Both the position numbers and the translations under genes were made by a program. A stretch of DNA of 63,976 nucleotides, filler included, from Sphacelaria rigidula (taxonomy: Eukaryota), in NCBI GenBank assembly GCA_964200075.2. It is 3 parts of 3 records of this genome, joined end to end, with 100 filler letters (N's around TTAATTAATTAA, not from the genome) between each part and the next. Parts side by side here need not be neighbours in the genome. Positions count along the whole stretch, not along the records: positions 1 to 21,361 come from CAXNAA020000429.1; positions 21,462 to 42,818 come from CAXNAA020000430.1; 1 more part is not named here. One strand, written 5' to 3'. Positions 13,601 through 26,300 of the stretch are shown in pieces. The number at the start of each line of letters is the position of its first letter. Position 1 is the stretch's first letter. The notes beneath the pieces were generated by a model. That model did no database searches. It was not told the DNA's origin and saw only the letters and a list, made by a program, of their open reading frames with translations.

Positions 13601-13979
13601 CTTTGTTTTTTCTACTTGACTCAACCCCAAGAGCGCACTTTAGATTCAAATCGAATTTGTACAGGAGTCAGCGAACACATTGCACGAAACTGGACTTGAT
13701 TCATCGTCGCTCCCGACGAGAATTTTGTGCCAAAAGTTGTGGTGTTGCACTTTCGAGTATGACCATACAAATTTAGTCGAAACATGAATCAACTTGGCAG
13801 CGTGCCGTGTTCGAAAGGTTCCGAAAATAAATATTTATCCAAAAACATGCACGAAACAAACATGTTTTGGTCACACGCGTCGCTAGTTACATTATCACAG
13901 CCGGCCGGAATACCTCCGTTTTTCCGTTGTTTTGTTTGTGCTTGTCAACATTAGCGGCGCGACTTTCAGACGTCTTGTT

Positions 13980-14459
13980 ATAGACTGAAAACGGACTCTC
14001 TGAGGACTGGCTTTTTTGGGCCTTTTATCGCGAGTTGTTGGCGGAATACAGGCCTTGGCGGATGTGGCCTCCTCGGAAAGATTTGCTACGTTTTCACGAG
14101 GATTCTAGCGCACTTTTCTGAATTTTCGTACACTCAGTTTTACTCTTGGCCGGATTCTGGATTTTTTCAGTCGCCGCGAAAATCGTCCCGTTATCGGGAA
14201 AAAGACGTACTCTTCGCCGACAACTCGAAGGTTTTTGGGACGACAGAAAAAATCTAGAATCCGGCCAAGAGTAAAACTTGGCCTACGAAAAATCGGAAAA
14301 GTGCGCTAGAATCCTCGCGAACAACATGGCACATCTTTCCGAGGAGTCCAAATCCGCCAAGGCCTTTATTCCGCCAAAATCTCGCGATGAAAGGATAAAA
14401 AAAAGGGCACTTATCAGAGTCAAACAGGGCCATTATCAGAGAGTCCGTTTTCAGACTAT
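13980..14459. mobile_element. Palindromic foldback MITE (~190-bp arms)
   Basis: Ends ATAGACTGAAAACGGACTCTCTGA / TCAGAGAGTCCGTTTTCAGACTAT; inner arms GTTTTACTCTTGGCCGGATTCT / AGAATCCGGCCAAGAGTAAAAC. Confidence 0.8.
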
Positions 14460-15373
14460 GAGAAGCGGCCTCGATCTCAATACTTTCGCACGTCGCAATT
14501 TAGTTGAGTAGAAAGTGCTTTATCTACCGTGTACTCGGTCCTGCTTTCCGTCTTGTAAGCTGTACACTGGGCTATCAAATAGCGCATGTTGGCCTGTCCG
14601 TTCACTACTGCCACCGACTTGCATGGAGTCGAGCGCCGGTGCTTGCCGACCGTACGGTTTTGTTTGTCGCTGGCACGGACGGTACTAGGGGTCAGTCAGC
14701 TCAACGAGTAATCTGTCAGGTATCCCCCCACGTGCTGTGAGTGCTACAGTACCAGTAGCACCACAGCTCAGAGATCGGCAGAGTGATCTATCTGCCTGTG
14801 CAAGCCGCTGGGTGGTTTTCCCCATGTTCGTGTCTGCTTGTACCAGTTTGCCAGTGCGGAAAGATGACACCGACATGGATTTTGGATTCATGCCCCGCTG
14901 ATCGTAAGTGCGTCCCATGCACTTGTGCTGTTCTAATTGGATTATCTTCAGATGTGGGTTAGGGCATGGTCGAGACTGTCGAAGAAGAAACAAAAGCCCG
15001 GGACGGGAAGAGGAATGTATAAAGAGTAGAACGAACCATCGCGACCTCAACCCGCCTCACCCTGCCGGTGTGTTGTCATATACTCAAGTGCGTGTGCACC
15101 CGCACAGCCGAGGCTTGACTCATGCTAGTCCAGAAAAAAATAACCATTCATCAGAACCGCCGTAATAATTCAAGGCTTGTCAGCCTCGCGTGGCGGAGTA
15201 GGGAAGTATTGGCGAATTACCGATTTTTGTCGAAGCCTGTGGCCTGCCAGAGATGTAGTTAGTCATCCACTTCCCCACATGCGCAACGTGCGCTCTCTTA
15301 TCTGGCGATTTATTATGTTGTGCAAACAGGGCACCCTGATTCCTCAAGCCCAGGTTATTGTCAATGAACCTTA

Positions 15374-15819
15374 CACACGTGGCCATTTGGCTACCTCCAA
15401 AATTCCTCCAGATGGGTAAACTTTTCACACCCTGGACAATATATGATCAAAAGATGCAATACATTAGAAGTGTACTGCATAAAGTATAGGCCTATTGCAA
15501 CTATTGCTGGCCGACAATAGTCGCAATAGGCCTATACTTTATGCAGTACGTTTCTTGTCTAATACAACTTTTGACCATATAGTGTCCAAGGTGTGGATTT
15601 TTTCGAGCCTCCAGAGGGATTAAACGCTCCGGAGGCTTGTTTTTGCCTCTGGAGGGCCGCGCATACCCCCAAATTCTTCCGGAGGAATGCGCGGCCCTCC
15701 GAGTCGGTAGTGTTTGATTTCCTCCAGAGAGATTGAAGGCCTTCGGAGGCTTGTTTTCCCTCCGGACGGCCGCGCATCCCTCCGCAGGCATTTTGGGGTG
15801 TAGCCAATGGCCGCGTGTG
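15374..15819. mobile_element. TA-flanked MITE (Tc1/mariner-like TSD) containing a nested palindromic MITE (15426-15595)
   Basis: Outer element TA|CACACGTGGCCATTTGGCTAC ... GTAGCCAATGGCCGCGTGTG|TA. Inner element CACACCCTGGACA...TGTCCAAGGTGTG is a near-complete palindrome related to the insert at 57099-57246. Confidence 0.75.
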
Positions 15820-17824
15820 TAGAAGTTCAGTCTGAGTCTCTTGCTCACTTGTGTCCTGCTAGCCGGCTGCTAGTGTAGTAACTGACTGCTGCACACTGAA
15901 AACACCGAAACTTAGAGAACGAACCTCCCGCTCCGCTGCCCTCGCCTGCCTACCTGAAGAACCTTCCGGATTTCTTGATGACGCCGGCGCGGTTTTGTCG
16001 AGGCTACTGAAATGACATCGATGGAGTTCCACCACAACATGTTTCTGGGAGGTGGGAGTATCTGAGCACGGACTGAACTGGCAACCCTTGTGCTTGCCCT
16101 GGGACTACGTGCATGCGTCAGATTGCCCGAGTAAAGTGTCCCTCATTTCGACCAAACTGAGCCACTATTCGCTATTCGAAGTATGATTGATATGGTTCAA
16201 GTGTAGACCATCATATTCCAGTGTTGACGGGGCTCGTAGTTTCAAGCACTCACCGAGCGATGCTCGGCGTGTGCAGCACGCGCTTTGGCTCAAATCGCCG
16301 CCTGAAAACACAGCATATTTTGCATCAGGCACTTGATGCATCGCCCTTGTCCGGGGGTTCTCGGTTGGCCTTGAGCTGAGGTTGGGGTTAGCGATATGGT
16401 TTGACGTTTGATGATTGATGGAAACAAAGGATGTCAACCATCGCTTATTTTCACCGAGCCGGAATAGACTGACATCGACTGACCGGGCACAACGTGCACT
16501 CATGGCTATTTTTTGCATCGTTTCCTCCGGCCCCAAAAACAACGACCGACTTTATCCGTCGCTGATGTGTCCGTCGTTCTCCATTTATGGAAACAAACCT
16601 GCGTTGCCCGAACCCAGCACTCGCCACAGGGTAAGAATGAGGGATAGATCTCAGTGTTGAAAAAGTACAAGGCGGTACGAGTAGGTTTTTCCAGTATTAA
16701 TAGCGCCAGTGTTGATCGAAGCATGGAGCTTTGTCGTGAGCGGACAGCTCTCGATTTTTAGTGTAAGGGCACGTGGTGCGCTGGTCCTCGGGCATACAAC
16801 TCGAACGAATGCAATCGAATACAGTAACTTATGACCGCGCGCGCCCGTGATCACTTGTGTCGCCCACGCTGTTCATGTTGTATGTGAAGGTTGTAGGTTG
16901 TATGTAAACATTGATGATATCAACACAGTTGATAAAACCAAGATACACAGATTGAAATTATAGTTTCATGTCGCGTTTCCTGGGGGATGATGCGTCGTAC
17001 AGCCCTTGCAAGCTCAGTAGCGCGCTGACGATTTTTTACCCTCCACGCATGGGCAAGGAGGATATCTCTGCGGTCTCTGGTGAAGGTGTGACGAGAGAAT
17101 ACCTCGCACGTTTTGTGCACGCCATCGTCAGGAAGTACATGGGATTTTTTCAAGTTGTCGAGTTTTCGAAAAAAACAACGACGGCAATCATCCAATGAAA
17201 AACACACGTGAGAGTGGAAGTACACAGTACAAGCCCGAACGCACGGAATGGACACGGCACAGCGTTTCCCGAACATGTCTGAGAGGCATATCTCCGTCAA
17301 CACAGTATCGTGGGCTGCGGAACCAAGTGCTGCGACCCCCCCGACTACGGCACAGTCGGTGTGTCGGTACCAGCGGTTGATGCCTGAAGGACCTTGACAA
17401 TCTGCGCTCCTTTGTGCAGATGGAGTACCTGGTGACTCGAGGTTCACTTCCGTCACCATCTCAGAACAGGGCACTCCTAAATACGACTCCAGCAATGGAC
17501 TCCCTCACCTGACTTCCCATCTGGAAGTTGAGCAACCTGGACTTGAAGCTACCCACCCCCCTCCCTCATTGTAAACCAGGAAAAACTTTGAAGGAAGTGA
17601 GGTGCCGGGAGGCTTGACAAGAGGTGGTCTAGGCAAGCACACGGTTATGGAAACCTTGGCATTTTTGTCGCACACCAAGGAGATATTCAGTACAGAGACG
17701 TATCATTAGAACATGCAAGACATGCAAGTACATGAAGTATGCTGGAGTGTGCGTGGGAAAGCGCAGCGACGACGATTACTCAGATCCTCCGCACTCTCCG
17801 CTTTCGTTCTATCTTCCTCGCCAG

Positions 17825-18837
17825 GACATTCGGAATGAAGGAGACCTCCAAGATCTCTTGTCCTCCACCGATGCGGAGGGACTAGTTGTGGTGAAATTCC
17901 ACGCCACGCTCTGCAGTTCCAGCAAGCAGATCGAGGCTAAGTATGAGGAGACGGCTTCAGAGTTTAGCGACATGGGCGCTGTCCACTTTGCCCAGGTCAA
18001 CTACGACAACAACGCTCAACTGTGCCAAAAGATGGGGATTGAATCGCTTCCCCACGTGCAGGTATGCACTTCGACGTATATTGCAGCCGAGACGTAAGTG
18101 TGATGAGTTTTATCCCTAAAGGCTTAGAGCCAGGGTTCGGGTTGGCGTCAGCTTCATGACCCACGGGATTCCGCCGGCTGCGCACTTCTTGCACAAGCAC
18201 GACGAGAAAAAAATCAAAGAACCACATTTTTTTTCATGGAACTTGCGGTAAACGTGATTCGTGTTGTACGCATATGTGTGCATGGGTATATGCTACTACT
18301 GTACAGTACACAAGAACATGTACAGTATGTATGACGCTGTTCTGCATCACTTTCGATTTGCACTGTGGATGATCGAGGCGCGCCGCCCTAGCCTTTCAAT
18401 CGGGCAGCCTGATCATTTCCTACATCCTAAGTGACGATGGTGCTCCGTCTCGAAATGGAGACGTGATCAATGAAAACAGTGCTCCGTCTTGAATTGGGTG
18501 CGTGATCGATGATCAAATGGCTGAGGCAAGCAACAAATGACTATGCCCAATCCCCCCGCCAAGTGAAAACAGGTCCAGGATTGCAGATTCAGTGTACACT
18601 TATAATATTGCTGTTTTTGTCACGGGGATCGCAACAGCGTACCTTCGCCGATCTCATCGTCTCGTTGAATATTTTTCAAGTTTGATGTCTCGATGTTTTC
18701 GTGCCATCGTTTTTTGTTGAACGCAGATCTTCGCGGGGAAAAAGGGCAAGATTGCAGATTTCAGCATTTCCGATTCCAAGTTCGACACGCTGCCGTCTCT
18801 GCTCGCCGAGCGCCGTGAAGCGGCCGCGGAATCTTGA
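17825..18837 (+). CDS. Thioredoxin-fold protein with atypical monothiol LCSSS site; last two exons, 5' exon(s) not located
   Basis: Exon 17825-18061 (cag|GAC...CAG|gtatg) encodes DIRNEGDLQDLLSSTDAEGLVVVKFHATLCSSSKQIEAKYEETASEFSDMGAVHFAQVNYDNNAQLCQKMGIESLPHVQ. Exon 18727-18837 (cgcag|ATC...TGA) encodes IFAGKKGKIADFSISDSKFDTLPSLLAERREAAAES*. The join is phase 0. The VVVKF-x-A-x-x-C, F-x-x-V-N and GI-x-SLP (cis-Pro) patterns match the Trx fold. Confidence 0.85.
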
Positions 18838-21361
18838 GGGTGATTTCTCTGATGCAGGTCCGTAGTTGTGATAGTTGAACGTTCTCTGGGTAGAGAAGGG
18901 CCTCGGGCTCGTGGCTGTTATTTGAAATTCAGGTGTACCGCGGAAGAGATTTGCCATGCCAGTAACTCTAGAGTTACGGTCACCTTCGAAATTAGCCCTA
19001 CTTGTATGATACCCTAGCCCAACGTTGTACTGTAGTCGAGTTACATTCTTAGCTCTGGAGATACAAATTTCGGTGCCGTTGCAATTTCGATGGGAGCAGG
19101 ATAGATGTGGGGTACGTGGTCGTCAGTTTTAACTCGTGTTACGTACAAGACTACAAGGTGACGAATGTCATGGGGTGTCATGGGTTGGGTGGGCGTTTCG
19201 TTCCACTCGGAGGTGACACCTTTTCACAGGGTAGTGTCCAGCCGGTCGTCGATGGGTACGCGTCCTTTTCACCCAAACCCGGCGAGGTGAACAGTTATGC
19301 GTTTTGCTCGACTTCTCTTGTGGAATCATGTGGGCTCGGCTCCTTGCAAGCCAGTGTCGTATTGTGCTGCAGGTAGTATTGTGGTGTTAGAAAACCGTCA
19401 ACAGAGTGGTGCGTGCATGAAGACTCTTAGCGCCCGAGTAATAGCTGGAAAGAATGGCTCTCTCCGCACGAGTTGAGATAGCTGACGTTTTTTGTTGCAT
19501 TTCCTCGAGTGCACGTTAAACCCCTTCCCAGTCCATCCTCCTGCGTGAGGAAAGGCTGTGAAGGGAATGGCACCAAACTGAAGGGATGAGGGAGTGGGGG
19601 TATTGTGTGGAGAGTCATGGGTGAGCCGGGGGGGGGGGGGATCGGCGTGCAAAGTCGTAAGAAGTCGGCTGTGGCCAGCCCGACAAGCCCTCTTGTTCGT
19701 GTGTATTTTGAGTTATGTGTCTCATTGGACAGTTTTCTCTATTGTGTACGTTCAGGTGAAGGCAAGGAGACGCTGAGCTTGGTGGTTTCAAGCCGCTTCT
19801 GAGTTTTTCGATGTGCTTGGTTACTCCGTTGTGTGACATGTGGGCTGTGGTGTGAGGAAATGCAGTACGTGCTGTGTCACTGGGTTTCTTAGAGTGCATG
19901 CTTGCATGAGGGTAAGGTCAAGGGTGATGTCTGAGCAAACTGTCCTAGAAATTTCCTGGAAACTTGAGCAAAGTGTGTGTGTTGTTTGATTGGTTGTGCC
20001 CGGTGTAATACACAGCAGAGGCTGCTACAAGGAACGAAGCGGGTTCGCGTCTTTGCTCGCTGTGGCCGCCGTATGCTGCGTGTCTATATGCATAATGCTG
20101 GTGCAAAGTTAATGTAACGTTTATAGTGTCTGCAGGTAGTGTAGACGCATCGGATGGAGTGTACTAACGTGCTCAGGAGAGTTCAGAGTACGTATACATA
20201 TTGCCACAGAGGTCACGGAATGATGACGTTATTATTTACAGTGCAAACTTAGATCTTTTGCGTACTACCTGGTATATTTTAATTTTAACGGGAACTAAAT
20301 ATATTGATATATACCCCTCTCAGTAGCCTCATTGAATTTATGGATTTTGTATTTTCTACATCGCATTAAGGTAAGACTTTCGAGGGCATTACTATGATAA
20401 TAAACGAAGTACCCTTGACTGTTGATGGAGCGCAACATAACAAAAGCCAACCTTGAGCAGCGCAGAAGTCTGCAAGGAAAAGATCTGACACTGCCCCAGG
20501 AAGCAAGGGTAGTGCATATGTTTCCCTCCCTTGTTGCCATTTTTGCGTACTGTCACCCCCTCCTCCTCCCGAAATAATTTATCGGGACGAGTGGGATCAA
20601 CCCCTTTCCCCTTTGGTACCTGGTTTGCAGTTAATTAGGATTGTCGAGCATTGTACGGGCCTTCCCGCGGGCCTTCGGCTTCGTCGAATATTTTGATTAG
20701 TTGCGCTCTCCGGCTTTCCACACTTCACGCGAAGGGAAACAGTAAATCCTCACTACTGTTGTCCTGTCGGGATTTGACCTCACTACTGCACATGAACTGG
20801 CTGATGGTGGATGATGTACCGCAGTTGGACCGTAAGGACTCGGGGATGCCCACAAGTAACACGACAGCACTACGCATCAAGTAAGTGACCACGTGATGTT
20901 GTACCGTGACAATAGTTGGCACTGTACAGAGGATGTGATGATGTATGTGAGCATTACCGTACATGAGGTGAGTTCTCAGTAAACCGGACAGGTCTGTACT
21001 CGCAGCTTACCTGACGATGCTGATTACAACATAAAGTCTCAGATGATCAGTGCTACGTGTTTACGCGACAACAAGGGGGGTCGGGGGGGGACAAATATTT
21101 TCATTTTTTTTTGTTCTCTCGGAGAAATTGGATTATTTTCGGACCTCTCCGAAGAAGAAATCGTCAAACGAGAAGATCCGGTGCTAGATTGTCGGAGGAA
21201 ACTGTAGTCCGTGTTGATTTGGTCTAGTGCCTCACCTGGTTGAGAAACCTGCTCTCACACTTCTCAGTCCCCCCCCCCCCCCCCCCCCCCCCCCACACAA
21301 CAAAGACCGCCGTCACGCGCAATTAGTAGCGATGAGGTCTAATTTTACTTTCATATTACTT

Positions 21362-21461
21362 NNNNNNNNNNNNNNNNNNNNNNNNNNNNNNNNNNNNNNN
21401 NNNNNTTAATTAATTAANNNNNNNNNNNNNNNNNNNNNNNNNNNNNNNNNNNNNNNNNNNN
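21362..21461. other. Artificial contig-join spacer (assembly gap)
   Basis: 44 N + TTAATTAATTAA (stop codons in all six frames) + 44 N, exactly 100 bp. Confidence 0.97.
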
Positions 21462-23368
21462 ACCAATATACCGCGCAGATATCGGAACGGTTTTTAATGT
21501 GAAGACAACAACAACAACAATGTAGCAGGGCAGTGTGCGTATCATGGGTGCAGAAGGTTTTCTGCGGTTCTCTTCTGACCGACCGGATGGATCCTTCGCA
21601 TCTCACTGGTTTGCTCGAACGGTTCGTCAGGAATCATCCAGGACATTTCTTGGAAAAAAACTCGAAAAAAGTTCCGTTTATATACATAAGTTTGGGGCCC
21701 CACTAGCAACTGTAACAGTCGCGTGCATCGCAGAGCGTACATGGCAGAGCACGCGGGGTAGCTACGTTGACAAAGATAAGAATATTTTGTACCTTCACAG
21801 AGAACGCATCGGACTGCAACAGTATTAGGAGAACGCCGTGCAACCGATATCGACATAAGAAATCAAGAAATAATCCGAAAACACATCAGCTCCCCTCCCA
21901 AAACAGTGACACCACGCACCCTACGACAGGCACCAGGAGGTGGTTCCAAAAACAAAGGGCGGTTTTCACCACCTTTCCCCGACGACGTTACACCGATATT
22001 CGTTTGCCACAGGAATTAACCGGGCATACAATAACTCATGACCAAAACCGATGCACATCTCTTCTTGTCCTAAATGGATGGTGCAATGAACATTACCTAC
22101 ACAATACCCTCCACCAGGCGCAACATCAACCAGCGCGGCATTCGCCACGCGCTCTCATGCCCCCCCTTCCCACCCGACAAACCACTGAGGCATGTTATCG
22201 TCATATCTACTCCCCGTGCCTCCGAGCACCACACGATTGGCTTTCCCGCTCAACTGGCGTCCCATGCCCCACTCCCTACTCTCCCCCTACCTTGGACCCA
22301 TCCTCTCACTCCCCTCTTCTTTCTACCTTCGGTGTACCATCTCATCTCACGTATAGGTATGGCAACGGTGTAGTACGAGGGCAACGGCACGGGCTGGTGC
22401 AAGTAACGTACAACTATTGAAGCACCAACCACCCTCACGAACCCACGACACGAAAACTTGACCGAACAGCGGCAACATACAAAACTAAACCAAACTAAAC
22501 TAAACGTTCTAAAGTGATGCAGACAGTAGCATGCCACGACTACCACCACCTGTCTCCGACACTTAACTATCGGATCGTGCCGTTTCTATCTTCCGGTTCG
22601 TCCTCGAATAGTAGACCCCGCCTAGCACCCTGCCACAAAACAGACGTTGCTCATACGGGCGGCGAACCCAGGATAAAAAAACATTCACCGAACGGCTGTA
22701 ATCTGTGAAGAAAACAAATACCGTGCGTGCTCGAGCACTGCAACTCGTACCATGCAATCATCATAACCTGCCGCCGACACTTTGGACCGTACTGTTTCCA
22801 TCTTCTATCCAATCCTAAGCATCGCGTCTCGCCCAACCTCCCGCCACATCACAAACGTTGTTCACGTGTGTGGCAAACACAGGACCGGCAAACTTCACCG
22901 AAGACCTACCACTTACAAAAAAATACCAAGTGTACTCGAGTATTGTCGGCAGTAGCACGCTACAGCTATCATCACCTGCATCCGACACTTGACCATCGGA
23001 GCACGTCTTTTCATCTCCCGGCTCATTCTTGAGGGCTACACCTCGTGGAACCCCCCGCGACATCACAGACCTTGCCATTGCGTGCGGCAACACCAGTATT
23101 CCGCTGCGCGTCACGGCATTCGACCGCGCGTCACAATGCGAGTCAAAGTATCCCATACCGGTAGATACTATTTACAGCCCCCCGTCCGTTACTTTCGGTT
23201 GAGATACGTGGTCCAGTTTAGCTCTTGGCAACGCCCCCGTCCCTGCCCATACCCTTCGCCTCTAATTCATTACTTTCAAGTTGGGTTATGGATCCACCTG
23301 CACGCCGTGGCCGATTTGGTCACCACAATTCACCCACGCGCTGTCGCACGCGCGCTCTCTCCACTACC

Positions 23369-26300
23369 TCAAATGCAGACCGGCCCGTCCTCGTCAGAGG
23401 TTCCGTCACCTTCACGTCGAGAGGTATCCTCCGAAGTAACACCCAAACGCCCCCCTGTGTGACTAGGTGCTATGCCGCCACTGCTGCCTGCCCTGATCTC
23501 CCAACCCTCCATCACACCACCCGAATCTGCGCCACGGTGGTCGTGGGTGCCAGTCCCGCCCTCACCACCGCTGCCACCCATCCAGAATGAGTCGCTCATG
23601 AACTCCAAAGATGCCGGAGGATCGCGAGCGGCGCTCCCGCCTTCACTACCACCAAAGTTGTGGCCGCCGCTGGCAGAGACGTCGAGTCCGTACCCCATAA
23701 TCGAGTCCAGGCCCATGGTAGATTGGGCGGCGACAGACCCATGGCCGCTCACAACGGCGTCATCCATCGTCGCGGCTCCTCGGCCGATCGCGAGTTCTGT
23801 GTGTGAACCCAACTGCCCGCGTGACACCTCCGGAAATAGTCCCAGAGGAATCCCTTTCTGCGGCGGTGCACGTTCCGAGTAACTGGTCTCATCCCCATAT
23901 TCCATATCCCCCCCCGCTGCTGAGCCCCTTTGTTGACCCAAGCCATCCCCCCCCCCAAACTGCGGCCCCCACTCGGTGCCACCTGACCCGGACACCGGTG
24001 GCACGGCCGCCGCCATCCCCTTCGACTCGTTCGTTCCGCCGCCCCGGGACAGACGCGCACACGCTGCCGCCGCCGCCGCCGAAGGTTGGCGCTGCTGCGG
24101 TTGAGCTGATTGCAGTGGGTGGGGCGCGATGATACCGTCCTTCGTGCTACCGTTAGCGTTGATGCCGTACTGGGTGTCTGCATAACCAGTTGCCTGTGAC
24201 TGCATAGTTCCGCGACATGGTACCGCCTGCCAACCAGTCCACTCGCTAGTCCACCGCAGGGCAGAACTCCGAATATTCGCGTCCGGATTTGCACCCGACA
24301 GACCTGCCTCGCCCCCGCCGGCGCCGAGTCTGGTGGTGTGGGGCATCCCCAAAAATCCAGTAACAGCGTCCACCCCGCCGTGCGCGGTAGTAGCAGATGG
24401 CGCAAATGTCGGGGCAGGCGCAAAGTCTCTAATCGAAGCAGCGTTTGCAGTGGCGCGTGCGGCCTCAGCGGCGGTAGCCTCTCTCTTGGTTTTCGTCTCA
24501 GAAGGGCCCTGGCATCGCCGGAGCTTCCTGCGTGGTGCGGTGCTACCTTTGCTCTCTGTTGCCGCCGCCGCCGCCACTGTTGCCGCCGCCACTGCCGCCG
24601 CCGCCGCTACCGCCACCGCCGCCGCCGCCGCTGCCTCCGCCTCCGCTACCGTTGCCGGAGGTGATATTTTCGATAACGTGTCGACCTTAGCCGAGATAAG
24701 TGCTGCTGATGCCGAAACACCGCCCGCCGTCGTCGAGTCGTTTCCACAAGTGTCATCCATTTCGTCCACCTTCATCAGCTGCGCCCGCGGGCGCTTCTTC
24801 GTAGCCAATCCGGGGCCCTCTACCCGTACTGCTTCGTCAGCCACCACCTCTCCAGCTGCCGTCGCCGCAGACGGTTGTTTCTCCGCCTCCTTCTCCATTC
24901 TCGTGGAGGCGGGAGTTGCGGCACCCATAGCGAGCGCCTCACGGGATGTTCTCTGTTGTGACAGCTTCGACACGGCCGATCGCTTCTCTTGAGCTTCGCG
25001 ATCCATCGCGCTCGCCTTCGCCTTCGTCTTCGCCCTCGCCACCAGCTCGACCTGCCTCTTGACTCGTTTCTTGCTCGGCGCCTCCGATGATTCCTGCGGC
25101 ACGTCATGTGTCCCCGACGGAGCAGGCGGTAGTTCCGGGGTTGAGCGCTTCACGGGGCGGCCCATAGGGCGGGAACGCGCCGATCCACCGCCCTCCACTA
25201 CAATTGCGGCCACAACGCCCTGCTGCTTGATAGTGGGCTTCGGCAGTAGTCTCCGGAGCGGCCCTTGAGATCGTGTAGAGCTCCGGACTCCCGCGCGTGA
25301 CGGTGGAGCTGATTCCACTGTGCGGGCCAAAGACGATCCTGATGCCGATCCCGACGGGCCAGAAGGGACGGCCGGTGGCTTACCCTCATCGCAGACAGCG
25401 CTGCTGCCGCTCCCTCTCGCACTGTCCTTCACGCTGCCTTTCTTCCTTCCTGGTTTGGCCTTGCCTCCCTTCGCCGGCCTGCCACGCCTCACGCCTCCAG
25501 CTTTAGCTCCTGGACGCCCCACTTTGGCTTTGCCGACGACACCGCCATTCCCTTTCGTCTTTGGACTTACCCCCTTGGGCTTGGTGTCAGGGTAGGAGCC
25601 GCTGCTGTGCATCAGCAAGGTGTTTTTACCTGCAGCCGGGGCCTTATCCTTTCCTGTCGCCTTGGCCTTTCGAACAGTCTCGCGCCCCCTCGCATGCGCC
25701 GCCGCCCCAGTTTTGGGGCAAGCACCAGCGACGGGAGGATCTTTGCCACAGTCAGCCATCCACGACGGTCTGCCCAGCGCATCGCTAACGCTTCGCACCA
25801 ACCCCTCCAGCTCCGCTGTTTTTGGTTTCAGACCAGGAAAACCAGCGGCAAAGCAGGAAACGAGAGGGATGGCGAGGATATGGGGAGTTCAAGAGTCGTA
25901 TCTGGGAAGGAAGGAAAATCGAAATAACAATGAAGAGATCGTACTAACATGCCTCATACAAGTTGGTTCAGGGTGGACGACCGAAATTTACTCCCCAGCG
26001 ATTTCTTACGCTGTTTCTTCTTGTTAGAGCCTGAACGTTTTCACACAGGTGCTCTGGGATATTAAGGGACTCTGTATGAAAGTGTTTTTTTCTACAGGTA
26101 TCCGAGGACCCAGAAGGCGGTTTGTTCTGAACACGCACCGCCTTCTGGGACCCCGAATATCTGGCGGGAAACGAAAAACTCCCATACAGGGTTTCTAGGT
26201 ATCCCAGAGCACTTGTGTGTGCAAAACTTCAGGTTGTAACTTGAAAAACCGGCGAGAAGTCGTTCGTATGTGCGTTGAAGTACACAAATGTACGCGGAAG

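Noticed and set aside
17420-17596. Candidate upstream thioredoxin exon (ttgtgcag acceptor, gtgagg donor)
   Set aside because: All three frames contain stop codons between these sites.
21406-21417. TTAATTAATTAA as a biological motif (piggyBac target or regulatory palindrome)
   Set aside because: It is centred in exactly 44+44 Ns at two sites, so it is a synthetic six-frame stop linker.
23472-25595. Plus-strand ORFs overlapping the large exon
   Set aside because: These are antisense shadows of a GC-rich coding exon.
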